A DNA stretch of 64,000 nt, from positions 4,826,783-4,890,782 of the forward strand of contig CM082580.2 in NCBI GenBank assembly GCA_040954595.2, read 5' to 3'. The notes below the pieces were generated by a model. It did not search any database. It was not told where the DNA came from and was given only the letters and a program-made list of their open reading frames with translations. The translations under genes were made by a program, and so were the position numbers. Below, piece by piece: positions 13,680-25,985 of this stretch. This stretch comes from Balanoglossus misakiensis. Taxonomy: Eukaryota; Animalia; Hemichordata. Numbering within the stretch: position 1 is the first letter of the stretch; each line of letters begins with the position of its first letter.

Positions 13680-14124
13680 AGCTCCGCGCATTCATTACCC
13701 ACAACGCGCACTAAAAGTGTATCACGTATAGACTTGGCTCAAATGAAATGGACACACCAGTGAACCCCGGCGATGCGGCGACCCTTTGAGGAGCCGAAAT
13801 AGGCGCTTGATTGGCTTCCGTGCCCATCTTCGGGGATTCTTGGCCAATCGATGATTCGGAATTTAGCGCGGCAAAACCGCGAACTGTCAATCAACAACGT
13901 GTCAATCAGTCACGTGAGCGGGAGACCACGTGGGGTGGTGAAATATTTCAAGTATTTTATACTGGTTATACAGTCGAAGGCGGTGCTCACTTCAACCCTG
14001 ATCACTTCACAAATCCGAGCATCTTAGTCCGGTTTTTAGAGCTTCAAATTCACCCCTCACCCGGAGCCACATACACCCGGAATCTGCACCAGGGCTAGCA
14101 CACGGTTTTAGTCCTTCGTCCAGC
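13680..14124 (+). promoter_or_regulatory. CpG-rich promoter / 5'UTR of the IGF2BP gene
   Basis: Abrupt rise in CpG and GC; CCAAT boxes (~13809, ~13843), two TGTCAATCA motifs, and two CACGTG E-boxes (13911, 13927) upstream of ATG 14125. Confidence 0.7.
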
Positions 14125-14317
14125 ATGAGTAAACTATACGTTGGAAATTTAAGCAGCGACGTAGATGAGTCCGTTTTGAGAGGCCTGTTCGAAGAACATG
14201 GCGTGGCCGCTACGAGCGTTATAGTGCCGAGGAATGAGAACGGAACTATCAGAGGCTATGCCTTCGTTGATTGTGATAATCATGGAACTGCCCAAAAAGC
14301 GATAGACAAGCTGAATG
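14125..14317 (+). CDS. IGF2BP: IGF2BP/IMP exon 1 (RRM1)
   Basis: MSKLYVGNLS...GYAFVDC...AQKAIDKLN, donor G|gtgagt; vertebrate IGF2BPs begin MNKLYIGNL and contain GYAFVDC. Confidence 0.93.
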
Positions 14318-15681
14318 GTGAGTGGTGTGTCACCTTTAAAATAAGTCGTCGTATTTTCTGGAAAAATCGAATGTTTTCAGTCAAAAATAAGCTGGGAAAA
14401 CCCAACGAATCTTTGGGGAAGGAAGTAACGCTGCTTGCTAGCGCACTCTACCGTTTACTACCATTACGTTACTACACACGATGTTGTGCTTTAGTCGAGA
14501 GAGAAATAAATGGCTTACGCCTTTTTCTCGCGAATTACCCCGACGCCAGACAGACATTTCGTTTCTGCAGACTAAATTATGGCAAGATTCGAAATAGATA
14601 AACGTATCGCACTTTCAATGACACGCGTATGTGCCATTGATTTGCAATGAAATCAACAAGAAAATGTCCGTTTCACTCATTGACAGGAAGACACGTACGT
14701 ACACAACACTTCCATGCTACAACTGCACTGCGTCCTTCCGAGCGCTTCTTTTACGATCCCAGGTTTCGTTTATTCCTTTCTCACGTTGCGATGAATGCAG
14801 TACGGCTGCGAAGTCTAAAAAACAAAAACAAGATAAGGAATTGCGGGTTTTCATAATTTGCATTTTCAAAACAACCTTGATTGCGAGCGAGGCGCCTTCA
14901 TTCGGGTGCGACTTTTCCGCGACGCGTCGCAGAAGCCCGATCCGCTTTCTTTCGAGTCGGAAAACCTTATTTTCTCTCCGCTTAAACAAACGTCCACAGT
15001 ATAATTAGTAACGTTAAACACATCTCGTTGTTGTGGTATTTTTGAGCCTATTTAAGTCAACCGATTTTCTTAGGTTTTCCTTCTTGTGACCCCCGACCAC
15101 TGTGCAGAAATTGATCAAGGGTACTCATTTCGTAACGCGTTGAAAACGCCCGTGTGAATATTGAGAAGGGCCAGTGTGTGTGCGAATTATAATCATTTGC
15201 AATTAAAGAAAGCGTTCAGTTGTAAATTAAATAAGACAAATCAAACACGCAGTTGTGGGAGAAAACAGTTCACATTACGAATATGCTTAATTTCGTTGTT
15301 TTGTTGCCGTTTCCTAATCGTTTTTCTGCACCTTCACGCTCTTGTCAGCGGAAATTTCATGCATCCACTTCACCTACAAAAAAGCATCGGGGTCCAACAG
15401 AAAAGTCGCTAGATTGCAGCAAACGGGGGCGATTTTTTCCCGCAGATTTGTATAAAATCTTTCGTGGAAATGAAATGTCAGTGTGTTGGCATATTATTTA
15501 GCTTTCCACATTGCGTGGTCGGGAAAAGCTTCCTAACTGTAACCCCAATCCCACGAAACGTGGTTGGCAAATCGCTTCCCACCTCAACACCCGCCCATTT
15601 ACAGTAGTACTTTGTCATGCATTTTAAACAGCAAACTAACCCGTTTGCACATGTTTTTAAATCTCTCCCTCTTTCGCCCAG

Positions 15682-15751
15682 GCTACAATTTGAACGGCCA
15701 GGTCATCGTCGTCGAACACTCCACCAGCAAGAAAGCACAGGGCCAGTCTCG
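15682..15751 (+). CDS. IGF2BP: IGF2BP exon 2 (GYNLNGQVIVVEHSTSKKAQGQSR)
   Basis: Polypyrimidine tract-cag|GC ... CG|gtaagt; phase 1/2; end of RRM1 (cf. vertebrate IEVEHSVPK). Confidence 0.9.
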
Positions 15752-16106
15752 GTAAGTTGACTGCACCACAGAGAGGATGGTCAGCGCATGTTCTTTGTGT
15801 TTGCCATATCCCCCATGTTTTAAAACCAACCAGTTAAGTGTCAAGGTCACACATCCAAGCATTAAATACTTCAGAACTGATTTTTCCATCCATTAACCCC
15901 ACGTGCAGCTGGGGTTCTGCTGCGAAATATGCGAGTGAATGCAGAAAATGTGCTTCTAGTGCGTTAAAAGTTCCTTGAAATTACTGAAAAGTACAATTTT
16001 AGTTGGTGACATTGGGGTTGATCACATGACTGGCAGGTTCATTATGCATTTCTTTTTTGCAAGGACGAATAGTCAAATATTGTTGTGTTTTGCAAATATC
16101 TAGATT

Positions 16107-16206
16107 GGTAGCTGCAGTTCACGATTTTTACATGGAAAGAGGGAACCTATCCCCTCTTCCATGGAAAATCTGAGGTTTTCCTGGATACATGTGAACTGCA
16201 GCTGCC
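16107..16206. repeat. Degenerate palindromic MITE-like remnant
   Basis: ggtagctgcagttcac ... gtgaactgcagctgcc terminal arms plus inner catggaaagaggg/cccctcttccatg arms. Confidence 0.5.
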
Positions 16207-16772
16207 ATGGAGTGCCTTGATCCGAATTGTGCAAATACAGGTCAACCCCGATTGGCAAATAAAGAGGGTTTTAACACTCGACATTTTACCCCGACGATGG
16301 ACCGTGATGAGTTGTTTTCATCGGTAATTGTCATATATTAATGACAACAGGTGATTGGTTTTCTTTCTGAAGCCAGGGTGTAAATAACCGAAGCTTATAA
16401 TGAATGGAGTTCAGTGACCAAAAGAAGCCATGGGAATATAACTAACAGACATCATGCAGGTTTTGGAAAACCTATCATGCAGTCCTTGCAGTGGGTCTCA
16501 TCATTAACTTCCTTCGAGTGCATGGTTTCTAAGCATTTGCTTGATCAAAATGATTACATGTAGTTATCATATCAACAGAACCCTGAAACTGTTTGTATCG
16601 ATTGTCAGTGTTGCTGTTTATACTTAAATTCGTTTTGTGAAATTTGCGTCGTATTTAAATCTGACTGCCGGAAAATATACTTAAATCTATCAAGGGAGGT
16701 GATGTAAGCTCGTGATGGCCTTTATTGCAATGTCCGATCACTAATACGTAATTGCGATATCACATTTTCATG

Positions 16773-16869
16773 CAATCTGATTAAAATCAGATGTAGGGAA
16801 CGGCGACGTGTTTTTTTTAGCATAAAAAAACCACGTCGCCGTTCCCTACATCTGATTTCAATCAGATTG
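16773..16869. mobile_element. 97-bp hairpin MITE with 9-bp TSD (ATTTTCATG)
   Basis: 46-bp arms with 2 mismatches; direct repeat attttcatg at 16764-16772 and 16870-16878. Confidence 0.85.
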
Positions 16870-19800
16870 ATTTTCATGCATCTTCAAGATGTCTTGAGGG
16901 CAGTTTACAAGGATCAGTGAGCACATTTTTTTGTTATTCCGAAGCATTTTGGTACCATTGTCTCTTACAAGACCTGTCGGGTTTGACTTTTCACAAAATG
17001 AATTTTGTCCATCACTTCAACATTCATCCATCTTTGTGTGTGTTTTTGGCTTTCTTGTCACCGTCGACGTAATATTCCTTAACTTGACCCTTTAAAAAAC
17101 CTGGTTTTACTCGCCTTTTTAATTGCAATCAGTTGCATTTTCTTGCCCTCTGGCTGCAGCTCATAGTATCACGTCATCTCCAATTTGCGTTTTGCTGAAA
17201 ATTTAACGATGAGATCAAACCTCTCACAAAACAATTGTGAAAGCGTTATACCATGTGTGGGATTCACACTATGATCAACACTTTATATGTGGCACGATCA
17301 AATCAAATGTCTCTATTAGTATTACTGCTATTTAGCCAGACTTGCAGAACTTCAAATCGGCTTTTGAAACTTCGGCAGAAAGAGCTTATGGACATTTACA
17401 ATTTATGCATCCATTCTGTATTAGCAGGTCAGTGCTGGAAAAAAAAAGCATAATTTATGTGGTCTGGATGTACTGTATCTCCGTGTATTGATTTTAATTT
17501 TAGACCCAAAATTATTCAGAGAGATTTGATTTCTGATCAATTGTATCATTGTAGTGTTTTAATCAGTCTACGTGGTACATGGTTTGACTTGAATCAAAAC
17601 ACATTTAACTTTAAGTCGCCTTAAGTTGGGGGGGAGTTAGATTTGGCCGACAATCTTGGGGAGTGTAAACAGTTCTTTGGCAACTTGGAAGAAGGCAAGT
17701 TCACAGCAGTAATACGTTGTCGACGTGTACCCGTAGTCCGAGATGCACGGCAACGCAGTGTGTCCACTTGATAATGAGGAAACGGAAATGAACAGATTGG
17801 AATTGTTCATTTTGGATTTTTTTATTGGAAGTTTTAAGCGGCCGTAGCATGATGCTAATTAGCGTGGCGGCGCATTGTCAATGGGAGTGGGTATAGTGCG
17901 GTCGGAGCCGGACAATAGATGAATTGTTGTAACAACGCTAACACCGTGCGTATTATTATTGCTGCCAATGCCCCCTGTGTGTAGGATTGAAGAAAGAGGG
18001 CAAGCTTAGTAATTTGCTGGACAAGTGGGGGGGGGGGGGGGGTTTGCATATGCATGTGGGCTGTTAACTGGGACATGCGAGAATTGAAGTTTCTAGTTCT
18101 ACCCTGCTGGTCGCGGTCACTTCCCGAAGACTGTGTGTCTGTCAGACGAGGGGCATCCCGTCGCGTGTGGGGATTATAGCGTGCAAGTCTGGACAAGTTT
18201 CCAGAAATGGGTGAAGTACTGGTTTTCAAATTTGAGACTGGAAGGAAGTGTCGTACCCCGACCGCGAGTCGGTGAAGATCGTATCAACGGGGATTGGATG
18301 CTTCTGCAACTAGGAAGTTGCAAAGTCGGTTGCCGAATCCTCCGGAAGGAAGATATTGCGCCCGGTTGCCGAGCGATGCAAAAAAGGGCCACTTTTCCGA
18401 TTCCGATGAAAATCCCGACACTTGAAGTTGAGGTCACATGCAGCGACCTGCCCCTGGTTTTGATTCATTATCCCGGGGGTCAAAGATCACCCAGTATTGG
18501 GCCTGTGGAATTACATTGACCCAGACAGTGGTATGTTAGGGGAACTCCCTGCATGACAGCTGTCTGCTGTAAAGCCAGACACATCTTTGACCGCATGTCA
18601 ACGACTTTCCGAAACACGATTCTAGTCAGAAGAGCCACATAGTAAATACATGCCATGTGGAAACTGAATAATTACACAGTTGTATTAAAGCGCGAGTGTA
18701 TTGTGTTAGTGAGTCATTCTTAGAAATTTGCCCAGTTGGATGGTTTCCATCACGTATATTATGAAGTTCAAGTCATTTTACCAGTAACCTGTAGCCTTTA
18801 GACTCTGCGCAAGGGGCTGTCTAAAACTGAAGATTTGGATTTACAGATCAACCGAACCAACTGGAGGTATTGTACACTCCAACACTTTTGCAAGTGTTCC
18901 ACTGGAAAATAAACATTTTGTGATCCATGATGTATCGAATATTCTGAAAGGTGTCCCTGGATATGGAAAAGCAGCGTAATGTGCTATGATTCATTGGCAG
19001 TCGGAATTTCTGTTCTCTATTTGGTGCCACTACTACCTGTACAGTTGACGAACTCTGACTGCTGTCGAAGAAATTTATTACGGGAATGTATGGTGTCCGA
19101 TCTGCTGGGCTTGGGGGTACATCCTTCTTGGTACAGTCTCCGTAGCAAAGATGGGGACTGAGTTGTGTGCTTAAAATGTGAAGACTCTTGGACTTGGATG
19201 GTTTGAAATTGTGATTTTTATTGTCGCATTTTGATACATCTGTATCTTCAAATTGGAAATGTCATTTGCAAAAATACTTTCTTATGGTAGCTCAACTTAA
19301 ACCATGGTGAGATGGAGTAGTTTGGTCAAAGACCCATTTACAGTCAATTTTGGCTGTAATTGAGGTCATTACACTGTACAAAAGACCGCAGTTTACGCAC
19401 AAATCAAAAATACTAAAAAAAACATACTGAAACGTTATAAAGCTAATGGGTCTTATGGCAGATACTTCTTAATTAGCTGTAAAGAACGATGGCTTTCAAG
19501 CTTTCAATTTCAGGTGCAAGGAGCCGCAAGTGTGGCCGTTTTGCATCCACGGTCAGTCTCACAAAGCCTGTGGGCGGCTTGCCAAGGACGTTTCACGGTG
19601 GTTTTGAAACTGCCTGCTCCAATCCAGGTGACCCAGTTTCTCTTGATGACTCACCTGACTTCTGTTCTCGTTTTACAGAATTGCGCATAGAATGATTTGG
19701 TTATGGAATTGTCGGGGCTCTCGGCATGGTCACCCTTTTGTCATTAGTGTTTCCCCGCACCTTCATAAAAGGAAATTCACACCTGGAATTTTGGCTTTAT

Positions 19801-21227
19801 TTCGGGAGTGTGTATTTCCACCAATTTTCCCAGCTCATTCTGTGGCTAGGAAATTTAATTAAACCAGTGCTGGTCACATTTAGCCGCATTTTACGTGGCC
19901 TCAAAATTGTGTTCACTAGTTCGTTTTGGCTAGGTGTGTTTTTCTTATCCATTCTTGAACTAGTTTCTCTCCCTGGTTACCCAGCATCATGACCTCTGTA
20001 TGACACATACACATATGAAAATTAAGCGTTTTCCAATAACCTTTTGTGATATTTCACTGTGCTCAGCTGTTAACCACATCTCTCAAATGTTGTCATTTTC
20101 TCAAGAGGGCAGCAGGTAAAAGATAAACTGTCATAAGCTGGATTTGACAAATTGCCTTCACAGTTCCACACGTAACCAAGCACGTTCAGTTTCCTACACG
20201 TACTTATCTCCAGTGAACCTGATTTCACTTGTGGTAGTGTCCCCCATCAATTAAAACCAATTCTTTGCAGTTAATTGCCCTGTTTATACACATTATCCCT
20301 TTGGGGGATATTCCAGTTTTACATTCTCGATTGGTATTTTGGTGCAGACCTTGTTTACATTCCTGCAATGGAAGTTTGGCAGACAGTGGCTGGGTGGTAA
20401 TTTGGTTGTTTTTTTAGGGTTAGGAACTTTGAGGGGAAAGGAAATGTTTGAACCATCCTGGATCCAAGTACCTTAAATCCTGCAAAAGCAATAATCAATT
20501 TTCTCAAGTCCATACATCGTATTCCTTGAGGAATCAGAGGTATGAGTCATCGTAGAGCTGCAGATGATTGCTAAGAGTGGCTACAATGCAGCGAAATCCT
20601 GCATTTTTCAAAGCTTTTGTAATTTTTTGTCTTGAACATGAATGACGCTGTAAAATGTTATTACAGTAGTAATTATTTTTAAATAAACATCCACAAATTG
20701 CCTTAAATATGTAATGTTGCAAACAGCATGCAATAGCTAGTTATTTCCTTTTTCAGCCATTTTCCCCTTATCCCCTCATCATTTTCTTAGCCAAACGACG
20801 ATAAGGAAGAATTGGTTTCTCACAGCACTTCTGTGATAGATTATGTCAAATTGGTTGTGCAAATCTGTACTTCGAATAATAATTGTCTAAACCCTAGAAA
20901 ATGCAAGCCTATACTTTGCTTTTGTAATATAAGTGAGATTGAACACAAGACAATTTTGCATTGTTTCAGTTCTAAGGCAAGTATTGCATCCCAACAACTT
21001 GATACGTATATGATATTATTAAATAAAATTACTGGTTACATTAATGTTATTAACAAAATGGAATTCAGCAGTAAGCAAAATCTGCGTGTGGCCATTTTAA
21101 GCATCGAGAAAAAAGGTCAATTTTAATTTTATTGGTCAATGAGAAGCCGAAAGTGATATTTGAAAATGGCAGAGGATGATGCAGATTAGACGTGTAGCAG
21201 GCAACACCCATGTTCTCGGTTTCAATA

Positions 21228-22499
21228 TTTAGGGGCACAAGCCTATCGGGCTTGTGCCCCTATTGGTATTGTTGGAATATTTCTTCTTTATTATTATTCT
21301 TCTTCTTCCGAGAAATTCGGCCAGGTAGATCTGGAAAACCGCTGCACCTAGGGGGCTGAAACTTGGTAGGGTAATAGGGGCCAATGAGTAGACGTGCAGT
21401 GGCTCGTGAATATTTAATTAGTCACGTGACCTGGCGGCCATATTGGATTTTCTGAAAATCGTTAAACGAGTCCTTCTCAAAAACTGCTGGGCCGATCGAG
21501 TTCAAATTTGGTGCGCAGGTAGCCTACCTTCTGTCCATCATTTTACCCCATTGAAATCATGACGTCACACATAAAGTTTTTTTGCTACAATTGTTTTTCT
21601 GAAAAACTACTTAAAACTTTAAAAATCTTCTTCTCCAGAACCAGCGATTGACGAGTCACGGGATTCAGGGAATGTGGTCACCTAACCTATGTCTATCAAG
21701 TTTGCGAAGCGCACTGTGATTGGTCGGTCATTATGGCGGCCATGTTGGATTTTCGGAAAACCATTGAAAAGTGATAATTCCGTTTTGTAGCCAAAATGTT
21801 GACAGCATGGAAATTCTTTTTTTGGATATGAGTCATCATATGACCGGAAGTTGTCACCATTTTTCAGGGCAATTTTCACATGACCTTTGACCCAGTTTTA
21901 AAACAACTAATTATATATGCATATTCCCCATACCTCCTCTTGTCAAAGCACCACAGTCATGAATTTTGTGGACATGGGTACCAATGCTGCCAGGATATGA
22001 CACAAATATTTTGGTAATTTTGGCAATGACCCTTGACCTATTTCTGAAACATTATATTTCTGCATATCTAATTCCAGGCTAACCAATAGGGCTAGATGTC
22101 TGGTTTAAGTTGGACATGGCCCACCCTGGGGTCAAAATTTTATGCCCAAATTTTGGGTGACCTTGGATGACCTTTGATCTACTTTCCCATATCTCAGCAT
22201 CCACAGCAGTTAGAGTCCTGGCTTTTGGGGGGCCGATGGAACACATATGGAGTCTTACAAAATACCTCATTAATTATGCGCATACCTAATTCTAGGCGAA
22301 CCAATAAAGCTAGGGGTCTGGTTTTTGTTGGACCTGGACTAGTATGGCGTCAGAATTTTTGCCCAAATTTGGGGTGACCTCAGGTGACCTTTGACCTACT
22401 TTCCGATATCTTGGTATCCACAACAGATACAGCCTTGGCATTTGCTGGTTACCATGGGAACCGCTTGTGCCCCGCCAACGCTGCTTGCAGCTTTAATTT
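21228..22499 (+). mobile_element. Non-autonomous Helentron-type (HINE/DINE-1-like) element
   Basis: 5' 14-bp perfect hairpin taggggcacaagcc/ggcttgtgccccta, (att)n/(ctt)n microsatellite, internal ~218-bp degenerate tandem repeat, 3' subterminal IR gcttgtgcccc (22463-22473), terminal stem-loop gctgc-tt-gcagc, T-rich ends, no TSD. Confidence 0.75.
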
Positions 22500-25095
22500 A
22501 TGTACTGCTTTCAAAAATATCCCATGGAAGAGAATTAAATTTTTCTGTCCGTTTTTCAACCCACCCACACACAGCGAGAAGTAGTCACTTCCTGGAAGGG
22601 ACTTGTAATGCACTCTGCTGATTTGCATGGTCACGTTGTAGGAGTGACCTATTTTGCAGTTTTAAATTGTACTTCACTATTATCTGCCAGTTTACATGCT
22701 CTTGACCTATCCTTCAACACAGTTCAACCACTGACCTGAAAATTTGCATATATAATTTAGGTCTCTGATGGAAGAGGTTTGATTTGTATTGTTGAGAAAA
22801 GGGATATCAGATTTTGCTGATTAAAAATATCGTGTACAATAAATTGGTGGATTTTTGGGATGTACAGTGTAAACGAAGAATTCCAATATAAGTTAGTAGT
22901 ACAAATCACAGTGTCCCCATCACAAAGGTGGACGTCTATAAAATGCTGCATTCCCAAACTGCTTTCTATAGTATGCAATGTACTAGTATTATATATAAGT
23001 ACATGTACGTATATGTTCTACATACTACTGTGTTTATTCAATTCTGACATGAGATGCACGTATCAGTTCTGCATTTAACCTAGATAGAGTCTGTTCACTG
23101 AGTAAAAGCTGAAAAAATTCAGTGACTGTTGTGACCTTGTGTGTGTTTAATACGTTGTTAGGGTTCATCCAGAACTACTATACATTAAAAGAATGTAAAC
23201 CTACTTCGTATTGACCACCTGATTTGTGAAAACAACAGGTGTGTATGATGAAAGTAGTTCACTCAGACATTACGTGTAGGGTCGTAGCAAACCAGTGTTC
23301 AATTACATCCCAACAGAAATCATTGCCAACAATTTAATTACAATTTAACATCGGGAATCGAAACCACATAATTGGCAAAAAAATTAATTAAAATCACGTT
23401 CTCTTTCTTTAGTCAATATTGAAATCTGGAAATGTCAGAAGTCTAGCTGACAATACTGGAGGGCTATTATATCTTAGATGTGTTTCTCAAGATGTGGGAG
23501 CAGGGAATTTCAATATCTGGAGGTGTGTGGGTGTGCAAACGATCTGGTAACCTTATTAACAAAAATTACAGATAAATATGAGACGTCATCAACACCCACA
23601 CATCCTGGCAGATTACTAACACTAGAGGGAGCTCTTTGCTGGCAGCAGCAGTTACAAGATTGTGTTACGTTGCCGGGGTAGAAATTTCATCTCCATAAAT
23701 TATCTGCACCAGCCCTTGTTCGCCACTTATTTTCTGTCTTTTTAGCTCTTGGCATTGCACCTTAAAATGTCCAGAAACAGGTATGGTGTCAGTATTTCTT
23801 GTTCCTTAGCTATGGGTGCTATGATAATGATGCTGCATTGGGTGTACTTGTAGTCGTACGATGATGACTATCTTTTATACCATTACAGCTGAGCTAGCCT
23901 GGGAACAGGGGGAGAGAAAAAAACAGGCACTAGAATTAATCTGTTTACATAACGGACACCCCACTCCTGCCCTTACTGCAAAGAGATGAAATTGCAGGCG
24001 TTTCAATCGAGAGGAAAGCAAAGCCATGGCTGGTTCCATAATAATGCCAATTTGTGACATGTGTAACTGTAAGCTGCATATCTGATCGTAATTATCTGTG
24101 AAAACCAGGCCAGTGTCTCAACCCCGGTAGTAACCCCTTCTTTCCGGTTTTGATGGGGTGTGCATTCTTTGTAGTAGTTATTGATTAGATAAGAATGATT
24201 GGAGTGCCTGGTGCACTGCCTGAGATGCAATATCCCCAAAGGGGGCCCAGTGTCAGTGAACTCAATCGTACAATGCACAAATCTCAGAAGTTTGCTGGTG
24301 AAGACCATAATTTCCACACTAAATATTAAAAAAAACTGCGTATTACTGTTAAGACTGCGGATTTTTTAGATGTCAGTGACTAAGTTTTGTGATTACGTAA
24401 TATTCAATGTTGTAAATGGGTTTGATGGTTACTGTATTTTCAGGTTTAATTTTAAAGTTGACTTTCAATGTCATATGTTGGAGAAATGGGGCCCTCAATT
24501 CACACGCTGTTTCATATCTGATGAAACTTCTGTTATTTAATAATTAGTATATAGCACATAAATCTGCAAATAATGTAATTTTCTGTACCATGCAATACGT
24601 CAGCTGTATGTTTGATATTAGGCAATTCCTTGGTTCCAATTTGCATTTCCAGTGAGTTAAATCTATTCTAGTTTCCACGGTGATGGTTGTGCATGTCAGA
24701 AACAAGTTGTTGCCAACTGAGCCAAAAAAATTTGATCCATGTTTTGTTGACCCAGTAAAGAAATGTTTTCATAGCTATGTGTGTAGCTGTTATTGTTCCA
24801 ATATGTTGCATGCACAAAGTAAATCAGGCCAGTCTGCCCAAGGTCACGAAGACTTGTCTCCACCATGTGGTCGACTTGTCCATGGGAAAATAACTGTAAA
24901 ATCAAATGATTGCACTTTGCTTTGATCTGTGCGATGCAGTCTTAGAAGAAATCTGGTGGATTTGTGATGAACTCGTCAGAACAAAAATTGTTGGTGTTTT
25001 ATGCAGAATGCGATTTGATGAATGGGTTTTAACAAATCTGTAGCATGCATGTAGAAAGGGAGCCTTCAAGGTCTGTGGTTCTGTTGTGTGAACTG

Positions 25096-25178
25096 TAGTC
25101 TAGAATCTATCCGTTCGTAGTCGCATTCACCCTACTACCGAATGCGACTACATGTACGAACGGATAGATTCTAGACTA
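25096..25178. mobile_element. 83-bp hairpin MITE, TAG...CTA termini, 9-bp TSD (TGTGAACTG)
   Basis: tagtctagaatctatccgttcgtagtcgcattc and its inverse (one 6-nt insertion); TSD at 25087-25095 and 25179-25187. Confidence 0.87.
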
Positions 25179-25985
25179 TGTGAACTGGTACATTCATTGA
25201 CGGCTTGTTCTGGATATCAGAGCGACTGAGCTTTTAATTTTACTGTTTACAGAACTTTTTGTGTAATTATTAATCGGTGGTAATGGCAAATTGACTTCTG
25301 AAGCTGTCAATGATTGAAATCATACACAGAAACCAAAATTTGTTAGTTATATTTCAAGATGATTTTAAACATTGATAGAGATGTCGGTGTTCTCAAACAG
25401 GGAATGACTGATAGTGTAGTGGTCAATTTGCATGATAATTGGAATATTTGTTATGTTAATGAAATTGAAAATTTATTTTTAAATAGGGACCACTGTGCAT
25501 TTAATTGCTTTGGGGAGAACATTGGTCTGTCTTAATCAAAATGTGTATTTCATATCAAAAACTGTTGGTTTGAATATTTTTGTGATAGAGATGGCACGTT
25601 GACCATGGTCTTCGTCAGCAATTGACGGAGAATACATGTAGAGAATTTCTCGTGTCATGACCGCCATCTGTGTGGTTGAATCAATACTACAAGCATATCT
25701 TGCATAATGAGTCTGGCAGAAATGTGCTGCGTCCCAGACAGTTGATGGTTCCGTAAGAACTGTACAGAATTGAAAGGTGACTGATCATTTGCTGACAACT
25801 TATGCAGCATTTTCAGAGGAAATTTTCTTCACTAATAAATGCAGTATTTTATCTGGGTAACTGGGTCATATAAAGGTCTCTACCCCCTAATGCATGCAGG
25901 GTGCCCTGTACTAAATGGATGTAGAATAATTATTCGCATTCTTGTAGACTTCACATTGTAATTACACTGACGTATCAAATGACCA

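Noticed and set aside
13811-14098. 95-codon ORF upstream of IGF2BP
   Set aside because: Starts at TTG, overlaps promoter motifs, and has no recognisable protein features.
14318-15008. Extension of the 14125 ORF and neighbouring ORFs
   Set aside because: Read-through into GC-rich intron 1 past a clear gtgagt donor.
17855-18519. Overlapping 124-aa and 128-aa ORFs in intron 2
   Set aside because: Expected in GC-rich sequence; poly-Pro comes from a G-run; no domain similarity.
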